58,722 nucleotides of DNA from Catajapyx aquilonaris (taxonomy: Eukaryota): the NCBI GenBank assembly GCA_000934665.2, contig JYFJ02002340.1, positions 1-58,722 on the forward strand. Direction: 5' to 3'. How positions within the stretch are numbered: the first letter of the stretch is position 1; each line of letters begins with the position of its first letter. The notes under the pieces are model-generated. The model was not told where the DNA came from and made no database searches. It worked only from the letters and a program-made list of their open reading frames with translations. The position numbers were made by a program, and so were the translations under genes. Below, piece by piece: positions 12,581 through 26,339 of the stretch.

Positions 12581-13206
12581 GAAGACATTCTGGGACAAAA
12601 ACCAGATGTCAGTAAAAATGTGAAAATGAGATGGCAGCATCTGCCCCTAGTTCTGACCATGACGTATGTACAGCATGAAAGCTTTTCCTCATAAACATCA
12701 AAATGTCAGAGATATCTCTACACAAGTCCAGTTCAGCTCTCATCTGGGAAAGTTGCTGATTTGGAGAAGCTCACGCAGTAGTACCTGGCAATGCCAGCCG
12801 GCAAGGACTATATTACGTACAACGAAATTCTGCAAGTCCAGACAGAAGTAGGCACTGACTCTGATCATGATGATGAAAATAGCAGTGCGTGTGAGGTTAA
12901 CTGATTATTTTGGTACCAGACAATAGTGTTGCGATGACACTGTATCAAAATCACTTTTGTAATACCAAATAAACAAATACAAGTTGAAAAAAAATCTTTC
13001 ACAAATATTATTTCCGAAAGAACCCCAAATGTCTTGCTATATCATTTTGTGAAAGATCATGCAAGGGAAAGGATCACAACCATGCAATTCAATACTTATC
13101 AAGAAATGGGGATTATATAATGGTAAATATAGACGGTGGAAGATTATCTTTGATTCCTTAAAAATTTTAACCAACTGACATCTGGGGTTTCCCCCAGAAA
13201 GTCTTC
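12581..13206 (+). mobile_element. Internally deleted Sola1-like DNA transposon
   Basis: ~32-bp TIRs GAAGACATTCTGGG..CCAGATGTCAGT / ACTGACATCTGG..CCCAGAAAGTCTTC; AATT on both sides (Sola1 TSD is AWWT); transposase-like C-terminus LYTSPVQLSSGKVADLEKL with an acidic tail at ~12715-12890. Confidence 0.7.
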
Positions 13207-13390
13207 AATTGTTTCCTCAATGTCGGACTATGTGGTTGATGAGTGGAGACATATTGACATCTTGTCGCTAGTACAATACTACAACTATTAATTTTGCGCA
13301 CTAGTAACACGTTTCATTTAAAGAGAACAATATGTATTCAATTGTGTTTCCTCAATGGCGGACTATGTGGTCGATAGGTCGAGTCACATT

Positions 13391-13476
13391 GGGTGGAATT
13401 TTCGTCGTACTACTAGTTACTTTTAACTTAGCAATACCAATGTAATGCAATGGTACTGACGACGAAAATTCTACCC
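13391..13476. mobile_element. 86-bp MITE inside the second copy of a ~130-bp tandem duplication (13204-13530)
   Basis: TIR GGGTGGAATTTTCGTCGT / ACGACGAAAATTCTACCC, ATT duplicated on both sides; the first tandem copy shows the empty site (CATATTGAC, ~13247). Confidence 0.8.
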
Positions 13477-13534
13477 ATTGACACCATACTACAACTATTA
13501 ATTTTGCATTAGTAACAAGTATTATTTAAACTAT

Positions 13535-13758
13535 TGTAGTGTCCTGGCAACCAGGCTGTTGTCTGTTGCCCTGGTTGCCAGTATGATGATGTTATTGATT
13601 TGAATGTAAAGGTTAGTTCTCGATCTACCGTCCTCATGGACGGATGTGTTGTACCAGTTGTCCAATATAGTCTACAGTGGTGGTTTTTACCCTCTTCCCC
13701 TGTGTGTTTCCCTGGGTTATTTTGTGGTGTCTCTTACGCCTAATCGTGAGGCACTACA
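13535..13758. mobile_element. Solo LTR, 224 bp
   Basis: TGTAGTG...CACTACA termini with 4-bp TSD CTAT on both sides. Confidence 0.8.
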
Positions 13759-14769
13759 CTATTGTGTACATCGAAACTGGACTGGGCAATGCTGTCCTAT
13801 AGTATCCTGGACTTCTATAACTCTCGCACGAATCTCCCGAATGTGACACGTAAGGAGTTCTTTATAACACCAACTTCATGGGATTGTAGTACATTTGAAA
13901 TTATAAATAAAGTGATATTGACTCACTTGCAAAATGCAATAAGTAAAAAAAAAGGGGCACAATATCACAGAACGAACAATATAGGGCTATAGGCCTATTT
14001 ATAATCAGTGAGTGTGTGTGTGTGAGGATCATTCCTCACTTGATCCTGGGGAGTAATATGCAACCTTCAGTACAACCTTCCTTTTCCCCCAGGTTAACGC
14101 CTTTTTGCCTCATCTCTCATCATGCCTCACGCCTCGTATCGGATATAAATATGGGGGGGCTGCAACCTTGAAAGGAGGGAGCTGTTGATGGTGCTGCCAG
14201 AGACGCACTGAACTGGACTACGATGCCACCATCCACTCGACAGAAAAGAACTGGAAAAATAATAAAAGATCAGGACATTTGTAAGCCTTTTCAAACACAT
14301 GCGACCAATTTAATTAATCAGGTTCTACGAGGAGAAGAAATATGTATAGTGCCAGTTATCCTAGTTTGTCCAACTTCCTGCAGTCTGATCAGTGTAGGAG
14401 AAAAAAATAAGTACGAATTTCAAGGTAGCAGTGCGTTATACGTATACAGTGTGCACATCAGTAACATACCGGTCTCATGAGAAAATGGTGGAGAATGGAC
14501 ACGGTATTACCTCAGCCATTAATGCATATAACGGAATGAGAGGCTTCATATAATGATCAAGAGCTGCAGATTGCACCCATACCAAACAGATGCCAACAGA
14601 CACCCATTGAGATTACACCTGCTGTGCCCATCCTTTGAACGTTACTTAAATATTATTTTCAAGTGCAACAGCACACAGAATCTTTGACAGCCGGCAAACT
14701 CCAAAATGTTTCGCTATTGATGTAACCTTGTGGAAAAAGCTCAATATGTTGCTGTTACAGCAGGTTATT

Positions 14770-15330
14770 TATCTTCCTGGCAAGGACAGGCCAGATTTGG
14801 CCTTCTGATAAAATTCTTCATCGTAGACCCTGCTGGTCACCAGATAAGGGAGAAACTCGCAGTATAATTTCATACGTATACGTAGGACAATTTCAGCAAC
14901 ATTTACTTGCGGTGATGCAAACGAGAATAATGTTGAGCGGTCCCATTGTCTGTATTGCAAACATTGGCCCTCATTGTTGATCACGAACTGGGTTGTCATT
15001 TCGTGTCCATTTCTGCCTGACAAAGATATTCTGAAGCCTTGCTGAAGTCACATTGATTACCTGGAATTAACAGGTGACGTGCCACTACAAGTGAGTAGTA
15101 CGACGTGTACCCTATCGGATATTAAACCATATCATACTAAGCAGCACATCGGAACCTGAACCTCAAATGAGTCCCAACCTCGTACACCCACAAAGCGCCT
15201 GAATAACAATACTGAAATTGATCGGCTTCGTGAACATTGATTTTTAATAATTGTTCATGCTTTTATTGACTGTCGAGCCATGGCCTTCTGATAACATTCT
15301 TCATCATATGCGATAAGGCAGCAGGCACCT
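14770..15330 (-). mobile_element. Possible Sola2-like transposase relic
   Basis: Minus ORF with QYRQWDRSTL..FYQKAK..L.PG resembles the region before the catalytic core of HGK..DG.GG-type transposases; YDEE.YQKA occurs twice (~14810, ~15295). Confidence 0.35.
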
Positions 15331-17659
15331 TGTATGTCCTACTGGGCTCAGTAGTATAGAGATGGCAACGACGCGATGTCGAGGCCATGACCGTTGCTTC
15401 ACATGGACGTGATGCTCCTTCTGACGATTTCCTTCACCTCATTCTAACCTAATCAACAGAACAGACGCGACCAGTCGAAGTCTATTGCATTTCACATGTC
15501 GACCTGCACTGATAGGCAGTGTATTTTGCATCTCCATTCGAGGGCGGACAAGCCCCAGGGCTACAAGTTACACACTCCGTTACCGTACGTCATTTGTGAA
15601 TTCATATTTGATAGGACAATGCTCTTCAGTGCGTGACATTACCAAAATCTGGTTTGTCTAATTCGAAACAATAAAGCGAAGCACGTGTTTAACAAGAATA
15701 CCCGGGGGCCGCCCTGCTTCGCCGAGCTCCGACTATAGGTGTGTGCTGCAGTCAATGGGGGACCCAGGCCCCACCTCCTCCTTTTGTGCTGGAGATGAGT
15801 CTTGGGTCTGCCGGGGGCCACATCCACCTAGTGGACCAAGCATGGGTATAGCAGATGGGAGTTCTGGAGCCTCCCGCTCACTCGACCCCAACGCGGCCAC
15901 CAACCTTATTCATGGCCTCGGACCACCGAGATACACATATAAGGCTTACAAATTTCACCATCATACGTACGTACAAACTTGATTATGGCAACCATATTCC
16001 GGACGACAAGATCACTGTTAAATAGGCTACTCATCACCTATATGCTCTTCATTTTTACAATTATAATAAACATTATCGACATGGCAAAAATTTATAGCTG
16101 TCAATCTTATCATTGACATACACCCATACAATGCATACTAGATAGTTTCCTTTGCAAGAGATTACATATATACGTTCTCATTTTGGTTGGGGGGGAAATA
16201 TTTCTGAACTCGCGCACCATCCATCGACAACGCGACTCTTCTCAGAATAACTCAATTGTACAAAGTTCTACGAGCAACTCCTACGAAAATATGACGACCG
16301 GAGTGAGTAAAATGAAGCATATCAATTCTTCCATTACTCTCCATCGAGAAAGTGCTATCCATACGCAATAGGCATGATTAAAAAAAGGTTCGATAAGAAA
16401 TTCCTTCCAGCCAATGTATAATAAACCAGTAAAAAAGAGAACCTACGTCTTTAGCAATTGATCTATCTCGTGATGGTTGCTAGGCCCTCATGAACACATT
16501 ATAATTATGGGCAGGAGTCGACTACCTATGCATATCCTTGGCATTGCACCAACTATTAGTGTACTGAGACGGTGCAGCTCGAAATTGTTAACAATGGTTA
16601 CACACTTACACTCCCGAAGACAAACGTGAGCTGATTCCCAACTCGTCCATCAGAACATTCAGTCCACTTTCAATGCCCGCAATGGCCAGCACATACAGTT
16701 TCCTAGAACCCGGTAAGACAAGAGATGTACAATTATTATGTGCCATATCATACATGGATGAGTTACAGGTAGCTGCTCATTCCCAAACTGTTACGTATTT
16801 GAAATAGTCTTGATAGTGACTGCGAAGGATACGAATGGCAGGTATACATGCGTTAATGAGAGTATAATTAGGTCACCTTTTCTCGAATGAGGACGCACAA
16901 CCGTGCCTCTAATATGAAGGAGCAGGCAACCCAGAAATAGCAGAGCAGAGCAAAACAGGAGAAGGGAAAGGAGGAAGGAGATAGCTTCGATTCCAACCTT
17001 CTACCGATTTATCGTCATGAATAATCACACTGCATTTTTAGTGCTTTCTCAATTGCCATGCATTTTTTCCAGTCATTGATGATCTGACATTAGCAGACTC
17101 GACAAGGACAAGACAAAACTCGAATGCAAGCCTGCAACAAATATCCTACCAAAAACGGGACCACGGCCTCCCAAGCAACCTCCCAGGGAACAAAGAGAAA
17201 GGGCTAGTCCGTTTCGATAAATCTTCTCAAGCAAGTGTCAAGGAACATGTAAAAACTCTGTCGAAGTGTAAGATTAATTATTAATCTTATATTCCAATAT
17301 ACTACTGGTATAGTTATCAAAATATAGACAGGACTCTCGATGCAACGAACGATCAATAATATCCTGATTAACAAGATTATCCCTTGATCATTCCATTATC
17401 TTTCAGTATAGGGCTTCAGAAGCCATCAAACAATGCAGCTGGTTTGCTGTATTTCTCTCACCGAGTAACGGCTAACTCATTGTTGAGCCAAACATAAAGC
17501 TCAGAGGTCCGTCAGAACATTCAGTTCCATGCCAGTCATGGCCGACATTTTTCTAGAACCCGGTAAGACCTGATCATAAGCGGTTCTTGAAATACTCAAG
17601 TTGTGACAGGTCCTGGTGTTGTCGTAACAGGGATAGGAGGAAATCTTTCTCAACTAGCA

Positions 17660-18400
17660 CACCATCAAATAAAATGTTCAACAGAATAAACTCTCACAAA
17701 AAGGTCTTACTTGTGAAAACCATGCATTCAGAGGCGTTCTTCACAAAATCTCTCCATGCTATTAACATTTTACTGCAACAACTTAATTGAATGTTACTGT
17801 TCTAGGTTTGGTTTGTTAAGAAGAAGCCGGCTATCTGGCTATGTAATAAGAAGATGCAAGGGTGGGGCAGATGGAGAGAGAAACGAATAGGAAAACGAAT
17901 AGAGGAAAGACTGGCAATGTGTATTAGCCGAAGAGCAGGAATTGTAAAGTTGTACAAAACCAGGTCCAGGGCACGCATTGTTACTCTATGTGTTAAGGGA
18001 TAATACTTGATGGATTTGGGCCTTGATTCATAACATTAGCCTGTAGAGATTTCTGGAGACAAAATAAGTAACTCAGTAATTGAAGTGTCCCAATCGGTCC
18101 CAATCCACACAAAAGGGTGTTTTCAAGATTCACAGATTATGAATCGGAATTCCCAAATGAATCCAGCACGAGACGGAGTATGTATCACTGCCAGAATATC
18201 TGTTCTTATTTTTTTATGACAATGGGAAATGATGGCCAGCATTTTGAGTTACATTCTATTTTATCATAATTTAAAATGCTCATGAGCATGATATTCCACA
18301 TTGTAATATCCCACTTGTATTGCTGCCTCATTGTAAAGCTACCATAATTTATTTCCTCTTTTTATGTTCCTCTTTCTTTCTGAAAACTAGTACTGTATTT
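17660..18400 (+). repeat. Segment duplicated at ~37260-37840
   Basis: Colinear matches, e.g. GAAAACCATGCATTCAGAGGCG, ATACTTGATGGATTTGGGCCTTGATTCATAACATTAG, GTATTGCTGCCTCATTGT. Confidence 0.9.
17805..17915 (-). mobile_element. 5'-truncated copy of an RTE-type SINE/LINE 3' end
   Basis: Matches 22466-22592; absent from the paralogous segment at ~37395 (empty site). Confidence 0.75.
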
Positions 18401-20149
18401 AACATTCTGTGATATGAATATGATGCCAAATGCCTCATAAGGCGTGGGTTTCCTGTACGCCCGTTACTTTGGTCTTTTCGACGCATTGCCGAAGAAAGGC
18501 CCAATGCATAACAAGTAGAAGACGGAGCCCTCGTCTGATGTAAGGAAACGACGCTCTGGTCATATCGGCAATAGCTTACCTTGTTTGAATCAAGAGAACA
18601 TTTTATATGACTGAAATTGCTCAGAGCATATTAAGTTGATTATATGAAGGAAAGTCTCATGTTCACTTGCCAATTAAGCCTTCAAATGATACAATGCTAT
18701 CAGCAATACAATAGTAGCACGCATCACACTCAAGTCTATGACATCAAGTTTAAGCGTGAACAGGAAACAGTGCATTTTTCAGTATGGAGGAGGCCGGTAC
18801 GTTCCGAAACTGCATATCGCAGCCCATTTTGTGGCAAACCTCGGGAAATATTTCTGCACTCGCGCACCGTCCATCGACAGTGCGACTCTTCTCAGAAATC
18901 CCCAGGCATGGATCAAAAAATGTCGACCAGAGTGAGTAAAATGAAGATCATCAATATTCGTCCATCACATTCTATATGGAGAAAGTATAGAGAAATTCGC
19001 CACCAGAAACAAACCATTTGTATACATGACGCATAATATCCAATGTATTGAATGACGCAATATGCATGATTTTAAAGCAATTCGATATAAGTACAGTACG
19101 ATGGTTGCTAGGCCCTACACGTAGGTCTGATCAGGAACCTGTTCCTACTCACAGTCAGTCGAAACCCTTCGCACAAGGGAAAAGGAATGCACCAAGATAC
19201 ATTTCTGATGACTGCTGCATACAATAATATTACGATTGCATACATACGTGTATATTATAGAGAACAATATATGTTATAGGCTACAAGACGCCCGTTAACG
19301 CCACCCAATGACAAGGACCAGCTGTGGCCTTTGTTGTCAGCCAGGCAAAATGCTCGAATGACTCTTTTTAAGCCTCCCACCTTGGAACAAGATACAAAAC
19401 ATTTTATTTACATTAATTTTAGTTTTACCATAAATGCTAATTCACATTGCCACTTTTCCCAAGTTGAGTTTCAGAAGCTCCTTTGCCACTTGTGAAGACG
19501 AGGAAGCTCATTTGAAATAAAGGTGAAATAAACTCCCCCAAAAGTGCAACTACATGGGATTCATTTGGCCAAAATGTGGAACCTCTCACCGAAAATTCTC
19601 ATATTATTAAGCCATACCGGTATATCTGAAAATTGCTGTATAATCAGAACCACCCACGCCCATATCGACTGCGACATGCAACAAAGTCTAACAGGCTAAC
19701 AGTCTGATAGGCGCTGGGGGTTGTTGCCTCACTCGTCAACATACTGCCCCTAAATGACAAGTCCACCCTACAATTCGACGCATCTAATGTCATCGTTTCT
19801 TCATGTTGCTTTATGTTGTTGTTGACACTGTTTACTCATAGTTCCGTGAGGGTATTTCCATGGAAATCTTGATGACCTCAGATCGTTCTCTCACTTTCCG
19901 TACATTAGCTCATTTAGTGAGCAATAAGAACACACACACTCTCTCTCTCTCTCCTTCCTCATATATTTCAAAAATGTAATTAAATTGGTGCACTTGGAAC
20001 AATCAGCCCTAGAACCCTTTGGTACAATAACATTGTGTTATCATAAGCAAGGTGATGTGACTGACAACCTTATAACATTTAGAAGCATAACCGGGCATGA
20101 TGAAGAGTAATTCTCACAATCTCAGTCCATTTATTATCATCATGATTAA

Positions 20150-20225
20150 AGTGCAAGAAACAGAGCAACAAAGACAAGATCGATTATAATCAAGCCTGCA
20201 GATAAGGTGCTGAAATCATTTTGTT
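20150..20225 (+). mobile_element. Possible Penelope-like RT scrap
   Basis: IIIKPADK at 20183-20206 matches the IIIKPADKG motif of Penelope RTs; nothing else recognised. Confidence 0.35.
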
Positions 20226-22465
20226 CAACATTTCTCGGACCACAAGCCCATGTGAGTAACACTTCCAAATGAAAACCCACTGGCCCTGCCGGTGTCACAA
20301 CAGTGCCAAGTATAAATGAAAATATGAAAAAGCTCCGCCACGGAATGCAATGGCGACTGATCGGTCTGTCCGGATGAAGAGCAGAAAGAGGTACAGAACG
20401 ATACCTGGCCGGAATGAAGCCCTTTATATGTTTGTGACGGCGACCCACGACCATAAAGGCCATGCGCCAATCTCATGATTCAAACATCTGTACTTCGGAA
20501 TCATCAATGATACAATCTCTCTAATAATATACAGTATTATATTAGCAGACATCGCAACAGATTAGGTGAAGCATATTTGCTCGATTGTTAGAGCAGATAA
20601 AGAGATAATACTGCCTCATTCCCATATAAAACGGTACGTAATATCTATGAAATTTCACCAGTGACGCACTATATTCAGTCAGATAAAAGGTTATAATTAA
20701 CTTGTAGAAACTCAAAGTCCTGCATCTGTTGTCCCCATCCGATATTTGGCCTACACATATACACGCACAAAAAAAATTTGAGCATGGCTGTGGGCACACT
20801 CTCCTGCTGGCCCGCCTTCTTTTAGCTTCTGACTTCGCGAGGGAACTGTACATGCATGCAGGCAGTAAAGCCCATGAAGCCAAAAATGGGATCCATCGTG
20901 CAAAAAATATATATATACGTATACGAGGGGGAATTGCTAAAGATGACAACAAAAGAGAAAACAATGTAGGAATCAGTAAGAGGTTAGTATTTACAAAAGA
21001 ACCAGAGCGACAACTGCAAGTACAGATGTGACGGCACACATCAGCACTTTGTGGCACGTATCTACAGATCAGACTGTAACACTGTCCACCTCCACTGTTG
21101 GAATGTACATTCGGGAGAGAATAAACGGGTTCATCGATCAAAATCCCCTTTTGTGGCCATTGGTTGGGAAGAATGTCACTAATAACATTTTCCGCCCAAT
21201 TATCGACAAAGCATAAATTTAAATATCTCAATCTATCAGTGACACATACCAACACTAGATGGTTTCCCTCACAAGGGATTACATTGTACGTTCGTCTTAT
21301 TTTAGTTAGGAGGAAATACTTCCGCAAAGCCACTTTTTTACAAGTGAATTTCATAAGTTCCTTCGCCATACATCAGAAAAAGGAAGCTTCTTTGGAATAA
21401 ATGTGAAATCAACTCGCCAAAATGTGCAACAGCATTACCTGAATTCATTTTATCACGAGTGGAAACCTCGAGCAGTTTGGATCACTTACAGCAACTTGCA
21501 ACTATCTGGCAACAGACAAGGTACTTCTGGGTCGATTTCAGTGTCTGGTCCCCAGAACAATCAGTTGTGAATAATAGGCTATGTAAAGTATGGCCAGAAT
21601 TTGCAATGACAAGCATGACCAGGCCAAAATTATCTTTGGGCTCCTCAAGATAAGCCGGTAGAATGGCGTCCACCCCGTCGACTGGGGAGCCGTTGACCTC
21701 ACTTCTGGAAGGATTCAAGAGAACTTTACACAAGTATATGTCAGGACTAATCGCAGCCACTCTCGGCAAAAGTGGATTAAATGTCTCAAATGAACGTGTT
21801 AGACTCGACAATTAACCGTCCAGTCATATAATTTGTTGTTACCAACTCGAATTACGTGGCGCTTGCCTGCAATATGCAATTGTTGCAATGGAACCGTTTA
21901 CCAGTTTGCTGATAATGATGTTGTAAATATTTAATAGCTACCAGCAAGGTTGTATCAAGCCATATATAAAGTTTTAGGTTTAAATACCTGGAAAGTTCAT
22001 ACTTTTAGACATTTATTGCCAAAGAAATGTTTTATTTACTACACACAGCAAGAATGATTGAAATGACGTGTCTCGACGTGGAACTTACGAAACCCCTATA
22101 CTATAGTGCACTTCCCGATCAGTTTCGTGTACAGGTCTACATATTCATGTGAAATAAAAGTGGTACTTGTGAATTATGCACGTGCACACAACACCCACAC
22201 AGGAAAGAAACAGATGCGGACACTTGCTATGCGTCACAAAATCAAAATGTGACGTAGGTCTTCACACAAAGCGTTTAATTGCATTTCACACAAAATCATA
22301 AATGTTAATTTTCACAATGTGTGTTCTCCATTCATCAAAATGCTTCATTGTGATTGCCATTATATTGACTTTCAAAAATGAAATAATATGCACAGCGCCC
22401 ATTAATTTAAAAATTATGCGGGCAGCATGTGCAACTATTCCTGTGTAACCCGCCTGACACGATTC

Positions 22466-22739
22466 GGTTTGGTTTGGTTTGGTTTATTTGGAAGAAGCCA
22501 AAGCAACTATGGCTATCTGGCTGTAAGAAGAAGCAAAGGTGGGACAGATGGAGAGAGAAACGAAGAGGAAAAAGAAGAGAGGAAAGACTGGCGTCTCTCT
22601 TAGTCTGTCTCCTATCCCAAAGACCTGTCCGGCTTGGGTGGCCCTACCAGTAGACGAAGCTACCGCCGGCATAGCTCTTGGGGTCACGGGAGAAACGCAA
22701 ACCCCACCACCACGATAAGGTGGAGATACCATCGGGGGG
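22466..22739 (-). mobile_element. Full-length 274-bp bipartite RTE-type non-autonomous retroelement (SINE)
   Basis: 12-bp TSD CTGACACGATTC (22454-22465, 22740-22751); minus-strand 3' tail AAATAAACCAAACCAAACC; 5' part (CCTTATCGTGGTGGTGGGG..GAGCTATGCCGGCGGTAGC..ACTGGTAGGG) resembles RTE 5' UTRs. Confidence 0.8.
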
Positions 22740-23925
22740 CTGACACGATTCTCTCCCGCATACTGTATATACATTATGGTGGCTCCACAGCTACTGTTGG
22801 ACCACATGTTCGACTCATGGGATGTTTCATAAAATATCCTTTAATTTCTGTTCAACTTACCACTTCAGAACTTTCCAACCATGTACAGTCGGCTCAAGGA
22901 GTATGTTACCAGACCCCTAACCTAGAAATTAGCGTACGTACGTATATGGTTGGGCACGCAGACCCGTATTAGCCCCTTATTGTCACCATAATATTAACGT
23001 CCTATTATTCAAACATGTCGCCTAAATAAACCGCCACAGAGTTAAATGTCACAGCCACAAGTGGAGAACCACACAACGACATTTCATTTCAACAATGACA
23101 CGTATATTAATCATTCACAACTAATAAATATAAAAAGAGCAGTAGTTGCATAGACTTACGAGGTAAACCAATCAATGGATAGAATGCAGAATGGAGCAGT
23201 ACAGTCCACCAGAATATAAATCTATGGCCCAATAATAGGCAGACATGTTGTACAGGTCGACAGCCAAGTGGACAGACACGTTGAGAATACACTGGTGTGC
23301 CGCTCCTGTCAACGTTGATTCAAAATATGTCTAGATCTGTGTATGGCACCACACAGCCATCGATGAGCTGATGAATAAAGCAGGGGAGCGACGGTTATGA
23401 TCAGCCACAAGTTACAGCTTTTGATGGGAGAAAATGCTACACTAGCCTTTCATGAGGACACCGCGGGACTTAAACCTTCACACTCAGGCAGTCTAAGTTG
23501 TCCCTTGAATCCTGTGATACAGAATGTGCATGACTGGAAGACGAGCCCCTCTTTCAACGTTACTTTAATATTACTTTCAAGTGCAGCTTCTCTGCAGACT
23601 TCTCACAGAGATAGCTATTGCCATCAAATGCTATCTTTGGATACTTAAGCTGGCAGTCGAGATCTGTCAAAAATGTTGGGGTGTTAGTGCACCTTTTCAG
23701 AAGTGGTGTCGACAACAACATTGCAGTAAATTCATTGCAAATGCTATTCATATAACCTGATAATTATGACAAAAGATGACAAGTCAAACCACAGGAAGAC
23801 GAAAATAGCACCTCACTTGTCAAATATACGACTGCTGCACATTTGGTCTCCAACTATATATGTTTCACTGACGTTTCATGCCGGGATCAAGACGGATAAT
23901 GTTGCAAAGGCCATCAATGTAGATA

Positions 23926-24006
23926 GTTGGTTTGGTTTATTTGGAAGAAGCCAAAGCAACTGTGGCTATCTGGCTGTAAGAAGAAGCAAAGGTGGGACAG
24001 ACGGAG
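23926..24006 (-). mobile_element. Truncated copy of the same SINE 3' end
   Basis: Near-identical to 22470-22553. Confidence 0.8.
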
Positions 24007-24009
24007 GAT

Positions 24010-24228
24010 GTATTTATTATTATTGTTTATATATGTTATTTATATTATTATTATTTATTATTATCATTATATTATTATATTTATTTATTATTTATATTTA
24101 TTATTATATTATTATTATTTATTATTATTATTATTTATTATTATTATTATTATTTATATTATATTTATTTATTGTTTATATATGTTATTATATATGTTTT
24201 ATATATTATTATTGTATTATTATTTATG
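24010..24228. repeat. Degenerate (TAT/ATT)n low-complexity repeat
   Basis: Almost pure A/T trinucleotide-like run; gives I/Y/L-rich ORFs in all three plus frames. Confidence 0.95.
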
Positions 24229-26339
24229 TAGATAGACTAGCAATGAAAATTGAGAGCAAGCTACAGACAAGTAAGGATATTTAACACGATTTTTAAGGAG
24301 AGAAAACAGTAGCAGACACCTTCAAGCCAAAGAGTGCCGATAATGTCTCAAGGGAAAGTGTGAAGTGTTGTATGCTTATTATGTATAGTACAGAAAAACT
24401 ATTCCTCACCACACCAGATTTTAGACTTTTGAACATACAAAATCTAACCCTGAATACTTGAGATAGTAATCAATGTTATCCTTTTATCCGGAACTAAAAT
24501 TGCATGCATGGAAGTATTTTTAAGTCTTGAAAGTGATCATGACACGAGAATATAGCTTAACTCTTTTTACTTGTCAGCCACACAACATGGCCAGTTTACA
24601 ATATGAGATTTACAATCTGCCTGTCGAGATGAGTCAGAAAGCTTGTGATGGTTCAAATTTTCAGATCTGAATGGATAACAACAGTGCGACTAATTCATTG
24701 CAAATCCTACTGATGTAACTTGAGAACTTTAACCTTACTTGTCAAGTGTAACTGTTGCACATTTGGTCACCAACCACATATGTTCCATTAACATTTAATT
24801 TCGTTTAATAAATTAATAAAATAATTCTGCATAGGAAAGGCGGCAATAACACGACCTAACTCCTTGCATCACTCACACAAGAGGCGTCGACGAACAGAAG
24901 TGAGGTGATTCCCCACCTCCCAAGGACTATACTCTTGATTTTCACAAATATTAAAAAATTATATACATGACAGAAATTTACATCTCTCAACCCTTGAGGG
25001 AATAAGAAGTAACGTATATCCATGGTAGGTGTACCAATTCACACTGCATCACTCAATATGAATGAGGGCGCCATGTTACTTATGTATTCAGTATTACCGA
25101 ACAATTGATCCCGTTTTCCTTGTCCGTGATGTTAAGAACTCAGAAGGGAAGGATCGTCTTTGTCGATGTGATTCACCAGGAATGTGCTATTTGCATGTAA
25201 TTTTACCCTTCTACGCATTTCAGTGAATTTATTTCATTCTATAAAGAATCGCATAGTTATTTTTTGCACTGTAATTGCAAGATTTTGTGGAACTGATTTT
25301 TCTATTAGGGTTATTTTATTTTTGGACATTTTCTCGTAACATGTTGGTGACATGATGAACTTCAGGGATATGAACCTGCGAATGTTGTTGTTTTTACACC
25401 AATAGGACATAATCTTCCATGTAATGCCTCCTCACATAATTTTTTCCTAGTTCCAAACAACTGATTCTCTCCCACATGACCATTCAGCGAGATGAATATG
25501 AAGTATTTGTAAGGAGTCTTGTAACTTATTAACACACATAATATGAACGGTTTGAAATAGCACTCCTTGCCACTCTCGAGAAGTTAGCTGGGGTTTCATA
25601 AACGGAGTAAGTGGTGGAATTTGCACCCTCTCTCCCAGAGGCCTCGAGGCCAACTAACTGCACGTAACGGTTTGCAAGCGTCGAAACTAAAAGAGCAGGT
25701 CCTGACACCATCATCCGCGATCAGCATTATTCAATTGTGGCAAAAAAAACAACAACAAGCCTTTTGTAGCAGCTCGGGTTCGCCTGGGAGAACGGTCCAA
25801 CAAGAACACTAGAGTTCCGGAAACCTACCATCAGTACCACGGGAGAGGGCGCAGATTACGATTTAATGATGTTCTGGACACAAAATTTGATGCACTAATA
25901 GCCGAAGGAGAAAGTAATAAATTAGTGTATCCACATAATTTATACATTTCAAGTCACCAGCAGATGCATTTGACACAGACAATGGGTACGTGACTGAATG
26001 ACTGTGAACCCAAATTAAGCCAGCGCCATATTTTACACCAGGTTTGACAGCTTAAGTCGTGCATATGTAGGCCAAAAGTAACATACGTGCAAATCAGACA
26101 ACATGAGGACATCACGTCATGTAGAACCTTCGTAAAAATTCCTGCACCACTGCTGGCTCACGAACACGGCAAGTCCTGTCATCCCAAGACGGACGTTAGA
26201 CCCAGTTTGAAGCCACCTCTTGTGAAGATTTACGAATATAATTATAACTGCAGCTCACAGGTTGTATATAAGCATGGCGACTAACAACGGTCACCTTGTA
26301 TAGTCTTGTGCAGTCATCGGAGAAAAGATAACAGGATTC

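Noticed and set aside
15700..15900. GC-rich stretch as an HDV-like ribozyme
   Set aside because: A CACCTCCTC loop-like motif is present but I could not build P1/P2 pairings.
20542..21369. Longest ORF in the window (275 aa, minus)
   Set aside because: No recognisable domain; it crosses unrelated modules whose paralogs are interrupted and whose LRR signal is on +.
23766..24284. 172-aa hydrophobic ORF
   Set aside because: Read-through of a SINE end and an AT-rich simple repeat.
25590..25680. tRNA or tRNA-SINE on the minus strand
   Set aside because: Only a weak B-box-like GGTGCAAATTCC; no cloverleaf.
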